A DNA stretch of 64,000 nucleotides from Amphiscolops sp. MND2022. Its lineage: Eukaryota. Below the pieces are notes generated by a model. That model ran no database searches and was not told where the DNA came from. It was given only the letters and a program-made list of their open reading frames with translations. Position 1 is the stretch's first letter. Each line of letters opens with the position of its first letter. Shown here one piece after another: positions 45,793 to 56,908 of the stretch. The stretch spans positions 49,168,001 to 49,232,000 of the forward strand of contig OZ076409.1 of NCBI GenBank assembly GCA_964187785.1, read 5' to 3'. A program made the position numbers and the translations under genes.

Positions 45793-48700
45793 AGTTACGA
45801 TTTATGTTCGTATCGTCGTTTAAGGTAGAATTGATCCTCACTGATCTTGTCGGAGTATAAAATTCTCTAGGTGCATTTCCCAAAGAATTATCCTCTTGTT
45901 CTCTAATGGATTCGGTCGTTTTGGATTTTAATAGTTTCAGAAGTTCCTTTTGGGATTCTCTTAGGAGACCCTTTATTTCTGAAGTGATTTCTTCTTTCAA
46001 GGAGGTTCTGAGCCCTTCCAGTACACTATTCTCTATCCTAGGGGATTTAGCTGAAGAAGGCCCCGCAACAGACTCGTCTTGGTCGCTAGACTCTACATTT
46101 TCTACCAAAATTGGGGAACTTACGGTTTCATTAACGTTCTCGGAACTCTCTTGTTGGTTATTTCTTCTCTTCTGGCTTCTAGTTGACATTTTGGAGACAA
46201 GTTTTCATTTTCCAACTTGCATTGATTCTTGATTATTAAGTTTTCACAAAGAAGATTGACATGAAGGTTTGAAATTCTGAGTTTACTGAGACAACTGCTT
46301 ACTCAAAAGGCAAAGGACTGAGTTCCTCAACAATTTGAATGCATCGTATTTATACACTCCTAGCATCATTTGATCACGAATAAATCCCTAATTTCCTACG
46401 AAAAATTAGTCATTTCCTGTATTTTCGATGAAAAAAATCTTTATGATCCCAAATTTGCGTCGACATTTCGTCAAATATTAGGACACGGCAATTCTAATCT
46501 AGTATTAGTACTTGACCATGATCATATCATTTCATTCCGGCGTCCTTTTGTTTCCTCCAAAGCAGGAAATAAGTATTACTTCAGTCTGTCAAACCGGAAA
46601 TGTTTCCCTGTTTTACTGCTTTGGTTCCTAGGAAAATTGACGCGATGACGCTGACGTGAACAACTAATGCCTGATCTTGAAATTTTGCTTGCAGAAAATT
46701 ATGACTAATTCCGTTTGCTTGAAATTTCCAATGATGCTGAGAGGGAATAAGGTTATAAAAAAGCAACAAACTCTGAGTTAACCTATTTGAACTAGTTGTA
46801 CATTTTAATCAATAAAAACACAAACCAGCGGGGGCATTGACGCCTACTAAATGTTAAAAATGGGTCGCAGCTCCAAACAACCAATATTAACATCAACGTT
46901 TAGTACGACAGTAAAGAGGTTTACAAAATTTTAACGATTCAATAGAAGCTTGCACTTAACTGATGAAAAGTTCTATTAAGATCATCAAGTTTACAAATCT
47001 GCACACTATTGGTGAGCGACGTGACAACGTCATGTCTAAAATGGTTCAACAAATTCAATACACCTTGAGTTATTAAACGTTTTGAATATCACATGATATA
47101 ATTGAATAACAATTGAAAAACTACCCCGACCTTGTGATTAGGTAAAACTTATTGTTCCTTTAGTGATTATACATTGTACAGAAATATCAAAGCACACTAG
47201 AACAACTCTGCTCGATTTAGGCCACGACAATGTGACGAAAATTTCAGTTTACTGTATCATAAACCAACTGCAAGGTTTAAAAAGACAATACTACTAATAC
47301 AAAAACATTCTCGTGTTACAAAAAACAATTGTTGGTTCTGTACTGAATATCGACTGTGACTACCGCATATAAAGTATGTAGAAATTCCACTTATTTCGGA
47401 CCCTAATAGATTCCTAATTCTGTATTCAAAGTAGCAGTAATTGGTTCGACGAAGGACAGACGTGTACTACAAGTTTCTTACTTTTATTCTAGCTAAGTTA
47501 TGCATGATTTAATCATTTTCTTTGCATCATTTTCGTTAAATTAGCGTTCATTTTACTATTTTGGATGGATTAAAACAGCCATTTTGATGGATTTTGGACG
47601 TAACGTGGACGTGAATTTGGTGCTAGCCTCAGTCCGCCATTATAGTGGATGTAGCGTGGACGTAAATTTGGAATACTTTTAATTAGCTGAATAGCTAGTG
47701 ACGTGTTGCTGACGTCACAAATATGATAATATTTGCATGTGCCGCTGTAATTGTTTACTTAGCGATGAATCTTCGTCATAATTCAATTCAATTGCTGTTC
47801 GAAAAGCAATCAGGCTGCTGCCTTCCTTAGAAAAGGCGTAATGCTTTATTCTCTATTTTTCAATGTACTTTTCATTTTAGATATGCGTATGTTCTTTTCT
47901 GTGAAGTGACTTTTTCAATTTCGGTTCTATTTAGATTTGTTTTGATCTCTTTCAATTTGTTCAATTTGGTAGTTGTCGCAGGCTGCCACCTGTGATCTTA
48001 GTTTATTTTATGTTCCTTTGCCTGTCGTCTTGGACAGCCAGTCCTGTTGAATTTAGACCAATCATATTGCAGTAATAATCTGAGTGCTCTGAAATATTGC
48101 TTTCAATTAATAGACACGATGGCTGTTCACCGCATGTCAACTAATAAACCAGTACGTTTGCGGCAGTCGGACATTGAGTCCCAATTTAGATTTCAAGTGC
48201 TGTTAACTTTCATTTAAATGCCATTCATGGCTGTCCATCTGAATAAATCTTTCACTTGTGGCTAGTGGACACCTAGTCCGGTTAAATATTAACCAATCAC
48301 AGCGCAGTATTTGTTTGAGTATTCTAATTCATTACTGTAGTTGTTGGACACGATGGCCATATGCCTTTTGTTCTAGTATAATGATGCTTCATTTATGGCT
48401 GTGGGACATCCAGTCCCAAATTATATTGAAGTACAAGATTGCTGAAATGAATGATTGGATATGGCCCTTTATTGTCTGATGGAAGTATTTGTTCATAACC
48501 ATAGACCTATGAAATCGTTGCTGGAAATTGCGTGCCTTATATAAAATTGGTCAAAGTGTCCTTTCCCCCTTTTGGTATTGCCTTTAAGGTGAAATGACCT
48601 ATATTGAGTGTAAAATTGTTCACTGTTATGGCATATACCAATATATATATTGCGGCCCTTATGGCCCAGTGTTATATGATGATACATGAAAAGTGTATGT

Positions 48701-49810
48701 ATTGTTTCATTATCTAGAATCATATGTAGTCACGTTACAGTTACTAATATTACGTTGATGTAGACCGTGAGGCTGCATAAACAATTTGTGCCGACAAAGT
48801 TTTGATGCTATTATTAGGATGACGAATTACGTCACCAGATGTTTGTAGTGACACGCTGTATCATTTATTACTATTTCTAGATAATGTGTGCTAAACATAG
48901 TTTTATGACTTTCCATATTTTGTTGGTATTGCATATTTTAGTATAAATACTCGGGACTCCTAGTCCCGGGGACACAATTCGACTTGTAGCTCTATTATTG
49001 AGACCGTTGGTCAAACTCACCTTATTTTACCGTAAAAGAAGTAATTGACTTCTTTCCCTACAAAAACTTTGTTCAACAAGATAAAAGACTGAACTAGACG
49101 ATCTAGAGAAATGGACATGAGGTCCAATGATAACAACAGGGACATGATGCTTGGTGGAATCAATTCAAATTCTATAGAAAGGAAATTCGAGATCGTAATA
49201 AATCATTCTCTCGGCCAAGGTGACACCGAGGCTATTCTTACTTACAAAATTCCGTCACAGCAAATTGAGAATAGAAACATTGGCTGTAAAATTGAGATCA
49301 CTAGGTCAGATGGACACTTAGAGTCTATGGAATTGTTATCAGAGAAATTGAATCTCAGGTTATCGCAAGTGACGGATTCACTTATGAACATCCTACAACT
49401 CCAGATAACTAGAACGATCAATTCTGCCATCAATGATAGAGTGATCCCAGAGCTTCAAAATGCTGTCTTCAGGACAGAGGGACACTGAGTCCGGTTCGTC
49501 ACCAAATAATCAGGAAGATAGAGAAGGATCAAATGGGCTCCAAACTAAAATTACAAAAAAGGACTCAAGGTCCGCCTGTGATTTAAGAGACACAGAGGGC
49601 CTTAGTCCTCACAGTAGTCATTCCCATTTTAGATTTTGCGCAAATCGAACGTACGTCTTTTATCTTTAGTCACAGATTATTTCAGGATTAGAATTAAAGT
49701 TTGAGTTTAATTACCGAAATACCATCTCGGGAACCTCAGGTTGCACCCGTGACCTCTGCCGATCCCTATTCGTTTACAGCAACATCCCAGACCGGGAGCG
49801 GGCTGTGACA
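45793..49810 (-). mobile_element. Solo LTR (~2.37 kb net) of the same Gypsy lineage, containing the gag N-terminal ORF 46189-45791
   Basis: TSD TGTTC at 45788-45792 and 49811-49815; minus-strand start TGTCACAGCCCGCTCCCGG and end CGTAAC(T). 46480-46700 is similar to 31430-31680. ORF begins MSTRSQKRR. Confidence 0.85.
47974..49613 (+). mobile_element. Solo LTR (1640 bp) nested in the previous solo LTR
   Basis: Begins TGTCGCAGGCTGCCACCTGTGA like the giant element and ends CCTCACA. TSD GTAGT at 47969-47973 and 49614-49618. TATA-like AGTATAAATA at ~48940. ORF 49111-49488 is homologous to the gag N-terminus (LSEKLNLRLSQ..QITRTINSAINDRVIPELQN). Confidence 0.88.
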
Positions 49811-50544
49811 TGTTCCTCATAATGTCCTTTTAGAAGAATTTTGCCCATTTTCTAGGACTTTCTCGTTTACCCATGTGGTTCTACTGATTCGCCTTTTGAC
49901 ATGAGATTTACAGATAAATTCAGTCAAACTTTTCAAGTAAATGTTTTTATTGTACAAAAATTTACGAATGATTAAAAACACGTACTCTTTTGAGCCTCTT
50001 CCTATCAATAACAGCACTGTTTGAGGTTTCAACTGGGTTGAACTTTTGCAAAGTTTCACATTCCTTCAGAGTATCGAGTTTCTGCGAAGGGCAACTTTGA
50101 GTTTTGTGCAGATGCAAGTTCATAGGATCAACATTTCTCATCCTACCGGCTGATATTTTGCTGCTAGTGTCATCACTTTCTGAACGCGTGATGCAGCGCC
50201 TCTTTTACATCTAAAATCAACGGCTTTCTTTGTTAGCCATGTTCCCAATTCTCGTTTTGTGATCCCATTTCTGCGTCTTCTCTATATTCACCTTACCTTT
50301 TTCCTCCTAGTCTTCTGTGCAAAAATCTAAACCCCACTGGTGAAAATGAATGAGAAAGCTTCAGGTTGTCTAATGAAGGAAGATTTTTGCATGAACCATT
50401 CAAACAAATAGGACTGTGTTCAAAGCTTGTAATTTCAGAACAAAGTTGAATAAATTGAATTACGGCTTCGCAAAAATTCGAAATCATTTTCGAAGAACTT
50501 TTTTGTGAAACAAATTTAAGTTTGAGTTTAATAACCGAAATACC

Positions 50545-51090
50545 GTGGGCACAAACTACGATCTAAGGAATAAGATCGAAACGCACTTCTGTAACTAAGA
50601 TCTAAAGAACTAAGATCTAAATGTCATTTTTCGTAACTAAGATCTAGAGAATGCCAGCTCCCGAATCGTACCGAAAGTCTAAATTTCAGACGTTATTCCC
50701 GTTTTAATTTCCGTTATTCCCATTTTTTAGATGTTACGGTAAAGTATAAAATGCTTTAAAGTATAAAACGTGCCTCAGATATGTCCCAATTTCCTCTAGT
50801 GCCCTGCGGCCCCTTGGGGCCGCTTATGTTCCCATCTTGCTAAGCGAGGTCGAACAGGAGCAAAGACCTAGCGGGAACGGAGATCGCGAAGCGATCGTAG
50901 TGGGAGCTGGTCTTTGCGACGGTGAGGGCGAGCGTGCATACACCGTATATGACCCCACATTATTCCTTAGACGTTATTTTAATTCAATTTAGACCTTAGT
51001 TACGGTGCATGCTTTTTAGATCTTAGTTCTTTAGATCTTAGTTACGAAATTTCTTTAGATCTTATTCCTTAGACCTTAGTTGCGGTCCCC
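50545..51090. mobile_element. MITE with 9-bp TSD and TAAGATCTAA-subrepeated TIRs (Mutator/foldback-like)
   Basis: TSD CGAAATACC at 50536-50544 and 51091-51099. The empty-site-like sequence occurs at 49696-49738. Confidence 0.82.
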
Positions 51091-51116
51091 CGAAATACCA
51101 TCTCGGAAACCTCTTA

Positions 51117-52487
51117 GGGGAACGGAATAAGATCTACGGAATAAGACCTAAATCGAAAACGGGAATAAGACCTAAAAGAAAATTCATTTTTCAGGAATAA
51201 GACCTAAAAATTAAGGTCTTATTCCTACTTTTTGGAAGAAGACCTATTAGCGAAATAAGACCCAACAAGACGGGAACGTCCCAAGTCGGCGCCATATCTT
51301 AGGCTCAAAAATATTCAAGGAACAACTATTGTAAAAATTTGGAAAAAAAAAATTTTCAAAAAAATTATTTTTGAAATTTTTTTTCGAAAAAAAGTATTTT
51401 TTAAGTCGCAAAATGCCGAAAAACTCAAAAAAAGGCCATTCAGGCTCATTCAACGTTTTCTACAAACCGAAAATTTCAAAAATGCAAGGGGGTACCCTTT
51501 GATAAATTTCAAAAATTTTCGAAAAAAGTCGCATAGTGCCGAAAAAAACCCAAAGGGGGGGCCCTTTGGTCTCACCTGTACTTTTGGAAGCATTAAAAAA
51601 TTTATGGTTTAGTGCGAGAATCGAACCCACGCACTCCGGCTGGGTCGAAGATGGAAGATGAACAAATATGAAAGATGAACAAATTGTAAGAAAAGTGGAC
51701 CACTCAGAGTGAGATTGTCAACTGAAAACAAAAACAAACTACTCACTGTAAGAGTCGGGCTTTTTTCCTTAAGGGAAAAGGCGCCGACTAAAAACGACAA
51801 ACAATTCCTAAAAAAGTGGGAATTAGACCTAAATGCGGAATGAAACCCAAGGGGAAAACAGAATAGTCTTTAAAGGAATAATATCTGAAGTGTTATAAAG
51901 TATGAAACGTGCCTCTGATATTTCCCCTGTTCCTCTTGAATAAATTGATTTGAGATCTGACTTTTATAAAATCAATGGGAAGAAAGAAATGATGGTGAAA
52001 AATTTGTTTTTTAATGGTTTTTTGTGTTGATTGCCTCAATTTCATCTGCTGGAGGTTTTTCTTTTTTTTTCACGCAATATTTTTCGATGCTTAATGGTTA
52101 TCGAAAATTTTTTTATGTTTTTTTTGTTTTTATTTATTTTTTTTATGTTTCCTATGTTGGTTGGATTTTTTTGTCTGCCGCCCGGGCTGGGGGCACATGA
52201 TGAATACAGAAGCGTTTTTTAAGAAACGCTGATTGATGACTTAATGGTTATCTGTGTTGATTGCATTAATCTTCAGATTTTGGAATAAATTTTGGCTCGA
52301 AATGTTTTTTAAAAATAGTTTTTAGGTCTTATTCCGCATTTTAGGCCTTAGTTCTGTTTTTTAGGTCTTATTCCGCATTTTAGGCCTTATTGCTGTTTTT
52401 TTAGGTCTTATTCCACTACTTTTGAGTTTTAGGTCATTCCTTTTGAACTTTTAGGTCTTATTCCTTAGGCCTTATTCCCGGTCACCC
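51117..52487. mobile_element. Related foldback-like element with GGAATAAGACCTA subrepeats, containing a Helentron-type insertion
   Basis: Left arrays of GGAATAAGACCTAA and right inverted arrays of TTAGGTCTTATTCC; no TSD found. Confidence 0.6.
51264..51794 (-). mobile_element. Non-autonomous Helentron-type element carrying a tRNA 3'-half-like fragment
   Basis: Same subTIR/hairpin termini; 51605-51637 reads GGAGTGCGTGGGTTCGATTCTCGCACTAAACCA on the minus strand. Confidence 0.72.
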
Positions 52488-53507
52488 TTTGAGAGCTGCG
52501 TAAATTTTCTTTTGCAGATTGTTAGTGAATTGAGACCTATCACGCGATACGTTATTCGCACCCCTAGAAGCAACAAGTATTGTAGAATAGAGGCGCAAAT
52601 AAAGTCTGTTTTGTGAATAACGTCTAAAGTTTAATGTAAAAGAGAAAATGACCATGACTGGGCTTCAGACGTAGTGACGTAGTGAAGAAATTGTCAAAGT
52701 GTTTCGGGATTAACGACTAAAACATCTAAAATTCAATGTATGGATGTAGGCATGATTTGGCTTTAGACGTTATTACCGCTAGCCCTTGAGGCGTTTTTCT
52801 TGTTTTGCTTTTGGACCTTGTTCTGTAGACGTTATTCCTGTAGGCCATTGTGGAAGTGAACTTCACTTTTCATTTACATTACTTGGCAAGTTGCCTTGTG
52901 GCCATCTTCTGATGAATTGAACTCATGGTTCAGACAAGATCCTCGTTTTCGTATAATCTAAGAATTTCTTGTAATACCTCGAATGAATGGGCGTCAACTT
53001 TTTGTATGCACGTGCTAAAAGTGTCTGGATTGTTCTGGAATTTTCTCAAGATACCACGAGCTCATCATAGCATCTGAAAGAAAAAAAATGAATTAAGTTC
53101 TGTATCGAATTACGAAATGGATCGAAGTTCATCTTTTTTGAGTTGAATTCCTAAACGTAAGCAGCAGTATTTTTCGCCAAGCAGTGAAAAATACGGGGAT
53201 ATGCAAGCTTCCATAGTTTTCGCGGCTTATCGAGTCAGAGTTATACTTTAGCAGAGTTGTTTCCCTCATATAGATTGTAAAAAGGTTGAAAAGGTGTTAG
53301 TTGTATCCATTCATCTTGAACTTTCAGAAAAATATGATATGGCTTCTATTGTTAATTACCTCGTCATAGACATTTTAAAAACTGCGTGTTCATATAGAAA
53401 AAAAGTAGCTACACTTCAGCAGTTTGTGGATTTTAAGTTTCCGGAATAATGTAAAATAAGTTCTCATTCCGTTTTTCAAAATAGCCTTTTTCAGATCAAA
53501 ATTGAAA

Positions 53508-54197
53508 ATGTGGGGCCGTGGCTTCGAAGGTTTCAATAATGACCCTTTTTTCCAATCGCATAATGACGCCTTCCGAAATATGTTCAACCACGATCCATTT
53601 GGTCAATTCGGATTTTCGCAGAACATGCCTGCTATCGGTGGTGCAGAAAATGTGGCTGCAAACAGAGTTGCCACTAGACAGGACGACATGTTTAGAGACC
53701 CTTTTGCTCATATGAACCGCATGATGCAGGAAATGAGCAGAGGTTTCGGCGGAGGTATGATGATGCCTGATATGGGACAAATGCAGCCAAACGGACAAAG
53801 TCAATCCTATTCTTACTCTAGCGTTATGAGTTACAATAGCGCTGGGAATGGAGGTGAACCCAAGTTTTTCGAAGCGACTTCTTCCTCTCGTCAAGGACCC
53901 GGAGGAGTAAAAGAAACACGCAAAACGCTCAGAGACTCAGAATCAGGTGTCAATAAAATGGCGATTGGGCATCATATCAACGACCGTGGGCATGTGATAG
54001 AGCGCTCAATGAATCGAAATACGAATGAGAGGGACGAAAGACAGAATTTCATCAACATGGATGAGAGTGAAGCAGATAGATTCAACCAGGAATGGTCTCA
54101 TGCAACTCAAAACTATCGAGACCACGGCAGAGCTATTGACGATGGAAGACGCCGAAACCGTCATGGCCATGGCGACCATCGTTCCATAAAATACTGA
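53508..54197 (+). CDS. MLF: Myeloid leukemia factor family protein (229 aa), intronless CDS
   Basis: SYSYSSVMSY, FFEATSSSRQGPGGVKETRKTLRDSESGVNKMAIGHHINDRGHVIERS..ERQNFINMDESEADRFNQEW is the MLF1/MLF2 core. AAAATG start; splice acceptor TTTTTCAG ends at 53494. Confidence 0.92.
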   Translation: MWGRGFEGFNNDPFFQSHNDAFRNMFNHDPFGQFGFSQNMPAIGGAENVAANRVATRQDDMFRDPFAHMNRMMQEMSRGFGGGMMMPDMGQMQPNGQSQSYSYSSVMSYNSAGNGGEPKFFEATSSSRQGPGGVKETRKTLRDSESGVNKMAIGHHINDRGHVIERSMNRNTNERDERQNFINMDESEADRFNQEWSHATQNYRDHGRAIDDGRRRNRHGHGDHRSIKY

Positions 54198-55324
54198 AAT
54201 TCGTAGTTGCTGCTGTTATCAGTGATCACGTGCCGACTTCGACAAAACTCGATAGGGTGTAAAACTAACTACCAGCTTGCATACACTCACTGCAGTCTAA
54301 CTATTTTTGATGTGCTATCCGAAGAGCTGTCGCGTTTGAAATACCAGTTTATCGCTGATGTGTCATTATCACCAACGAACGCAAAACCTGGCGGCAGTTC
54401 CTCAATCCAGTAAAACAAATATAAAATCTGTTTATAGCAAGCTCATTACTTAGAATAGCTGTTATTACTAATTCTTATTGTGTAATGATTTGTAGATGTT
54501 CAGGGGTGCGTTTTTCTATCGAGTCAACTGATGTTTATCAAGCATCACACATGAAGAAAAATGCTCAACTGACGATTGGCGATTTTCTTAGTATATTACA
54601 ACATTTTCGGTCTGTTAGATTTCCTTTTTATATTGGTTTGATGTATTACCTGACTTTGACTGACCGAGTAAAGAACGGCAACTGAATTCAAAATTAAATT
54701 TTATGTTCGCGTTCAAATTCAAGGTTGCAATGATTAAGCAGTACAGATTTGACTTGGTTCCACTGTTATCGGTCACAGTAGGTGTGACACTAAGCCCAAA
54801 CTTGTGTGACTCAGAAGTTGTGAGATTTGAAATTCTTACTTTGAAAGTGAAAGGTTCGTGTTTGCTTTTAATTCGTTAACAGCTGGAAAATCATTCCGCC
54901 CAATTTTTCTGAGCCGCGTTTTTGATTTCATGTTTATGCTATGCTCCAAATTTATGAACAGATGACAGAGGTTCTCCACAGATTTCAACCACCATAAACT
55001 AGCTTCGTAGCATCTTTGTGGAGATATTCATTTTTTTTTATTTCCCCTCATTTCTTAACTATTTCAAGGTAATTTTTGTATAGTTTTTGAATGTTTTAAT
55101 GAGTTGGAATATCCACAGATTACAACGTATGATCTATTAGCTATCCAGAACACTTTCAAGAAGAGGGATCTCAAGTTTTTGTTCTAAAGAGCACCCAAAA
55201 ATATTCGTCCGATTTCGACTTGGCTAGGCAATTTTGTTTTGCGTCTGAAAATGAATTGACTTGAAAGACTAAAATATCTGCTGAACACAGTTTTATATAG
55301 CGAAATCCGAAGCTTCTCCAAAGC

Positions 55325-56557
55325 AAACGACGGGAACTCTTAAGTCGGCGCCCCACTTAGGACTCAAAAAGTGCAGTTTTTCAAATATGCTCAGGAATTT
55401 TTATAAATGAAAAACACATGAAAGTGTCGAAACACCCAAAGGTTTGGAACACGCAATATAGTTTGGATTTAACGCAAAATTTCATAGTGTTGAAAAAAAT
55501 TATTGGTGGATATATGTTGAAAAATTTTAATTTCACAAAAGACATTTGTGGCAAAATTTGTGGCAAAATATGAAAAATCCAAATGGGGGACCCTTTACTC
55601 GTGCGGTTTTGTATGATTTGTTGAACAAGCAGGGACCGGCCCAAGTCGGCGCCATATCCAAGGCTCAAAAATAGCGAAAAGACTTCCAAGTCTCAAGTAT
55701 TCTTTTTTACAGTAATCGAAAATTTTTCGAAAAAACTTTCGAAAAAATTACATACTCAAAAAAATGGACCGAGTGGCGCTAAAAGGGGGAAACTTCCGAA
55801 ATTGTCAACATTTTTGTCGCAGTTGAAGGTGGTACCCTTCGGAGAAAAAACAAATTTTCAAAAGTCTCACAATGCCGAAAAACAGAAAGGGGGGACCCTT
55901 CGGGATTTTTACACAACCATTCTGTTGTAAAATATCAAAGAAATTGAAGGGGAAAATTTTTTTTTTCGGAAAAAAATCTCACAGTGCCAAAAAAACTGTA
56001 AGGGGGGACCCTTTGGAGAGAAAATTTTTAGGAAAAAGTCTCACAATGCTGAAAAACTGAAAGGGGGACCCTTCGGGGTTTTTCAACATCCATTCTGACG
56101 CAAAACAGCAAAAAAATTGAAGGGGAACCCTTTGGGGAATTTTTTTTCCGAAAAGTGTCGCAGTGCCGAAAAAAAATGAAGGAGGACAGTTTGGTCTCGC
56201 CCGGTATGGTATGTTACGCGGAAAACATGAAAAACTTTTTTGGTTCAGTTCGCTAGGCCTAATAGTGCAATTTGGTGCAATAATTTTTTGTAGAACTTCG
56301 TGTGGATTCTGGTCAGTTCGTGTGGATTGAAAAAAAGAAAAACCACTATAGTAGTGGCGTTTCACTCCATGAAGCGCCGACTAAAAATGAAAAAAGGGGA
56401 CCCTTTGCACTAACTTAGATGCGTTTCCGAGGTGTTCGTTAAGTTGAACAAAGTGAGCAAAATTTTCGTCGCGTTTGAGTGTCTTAATGAAAAACAAGAA
56501 AAAAAACGAGCGACTGTAATAGTTGGGCTTTTTATTTCATAAAAGCGCCTACCAAAA
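55325..56557 (-). mobile_element. Older Helentron-type element with a younger copy nested at 55624-56387
   Basis: Two successive hairpin/subTIR ends (55325, 55624) and two successive subTIR+IR ends (56387, 56557). Confidence 0.7.
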
Positions 56558-56850
56558 TACTAAAATTGGTAAGTTAGTAAACTGTTTTATGCACGTTTTG
56601 ATGTTTCCGTGTATGTAGATGCTGAAAGTTGAGACACGAAACGATTATTACTTGGCATAAATTTGTTCATCGATTCAAAAATAGGAATAAGATGAACCGA
56701 AGTGTCGACTTCGAAAGGTTTGAACTTTTGTTCGGCTTAGTTCATTGGCTACGCTACTGAAATCCAATTCATTCTGAAAATAAAGCCAGTCGAAGAACCG
56801 ATTTTGAAGCAAGGTTATGGCGGAGAATATTGAGTCGTCAATTACGTCGC

Positions 56851-56908
<58 letters not shown>

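Noticed and set aside
49817..50487. Short minus-strand ORFs with a GTAAGG donor at ~50296
   Set aside because: No recognisable homology and no matching acceptor; cannot support a gene call.
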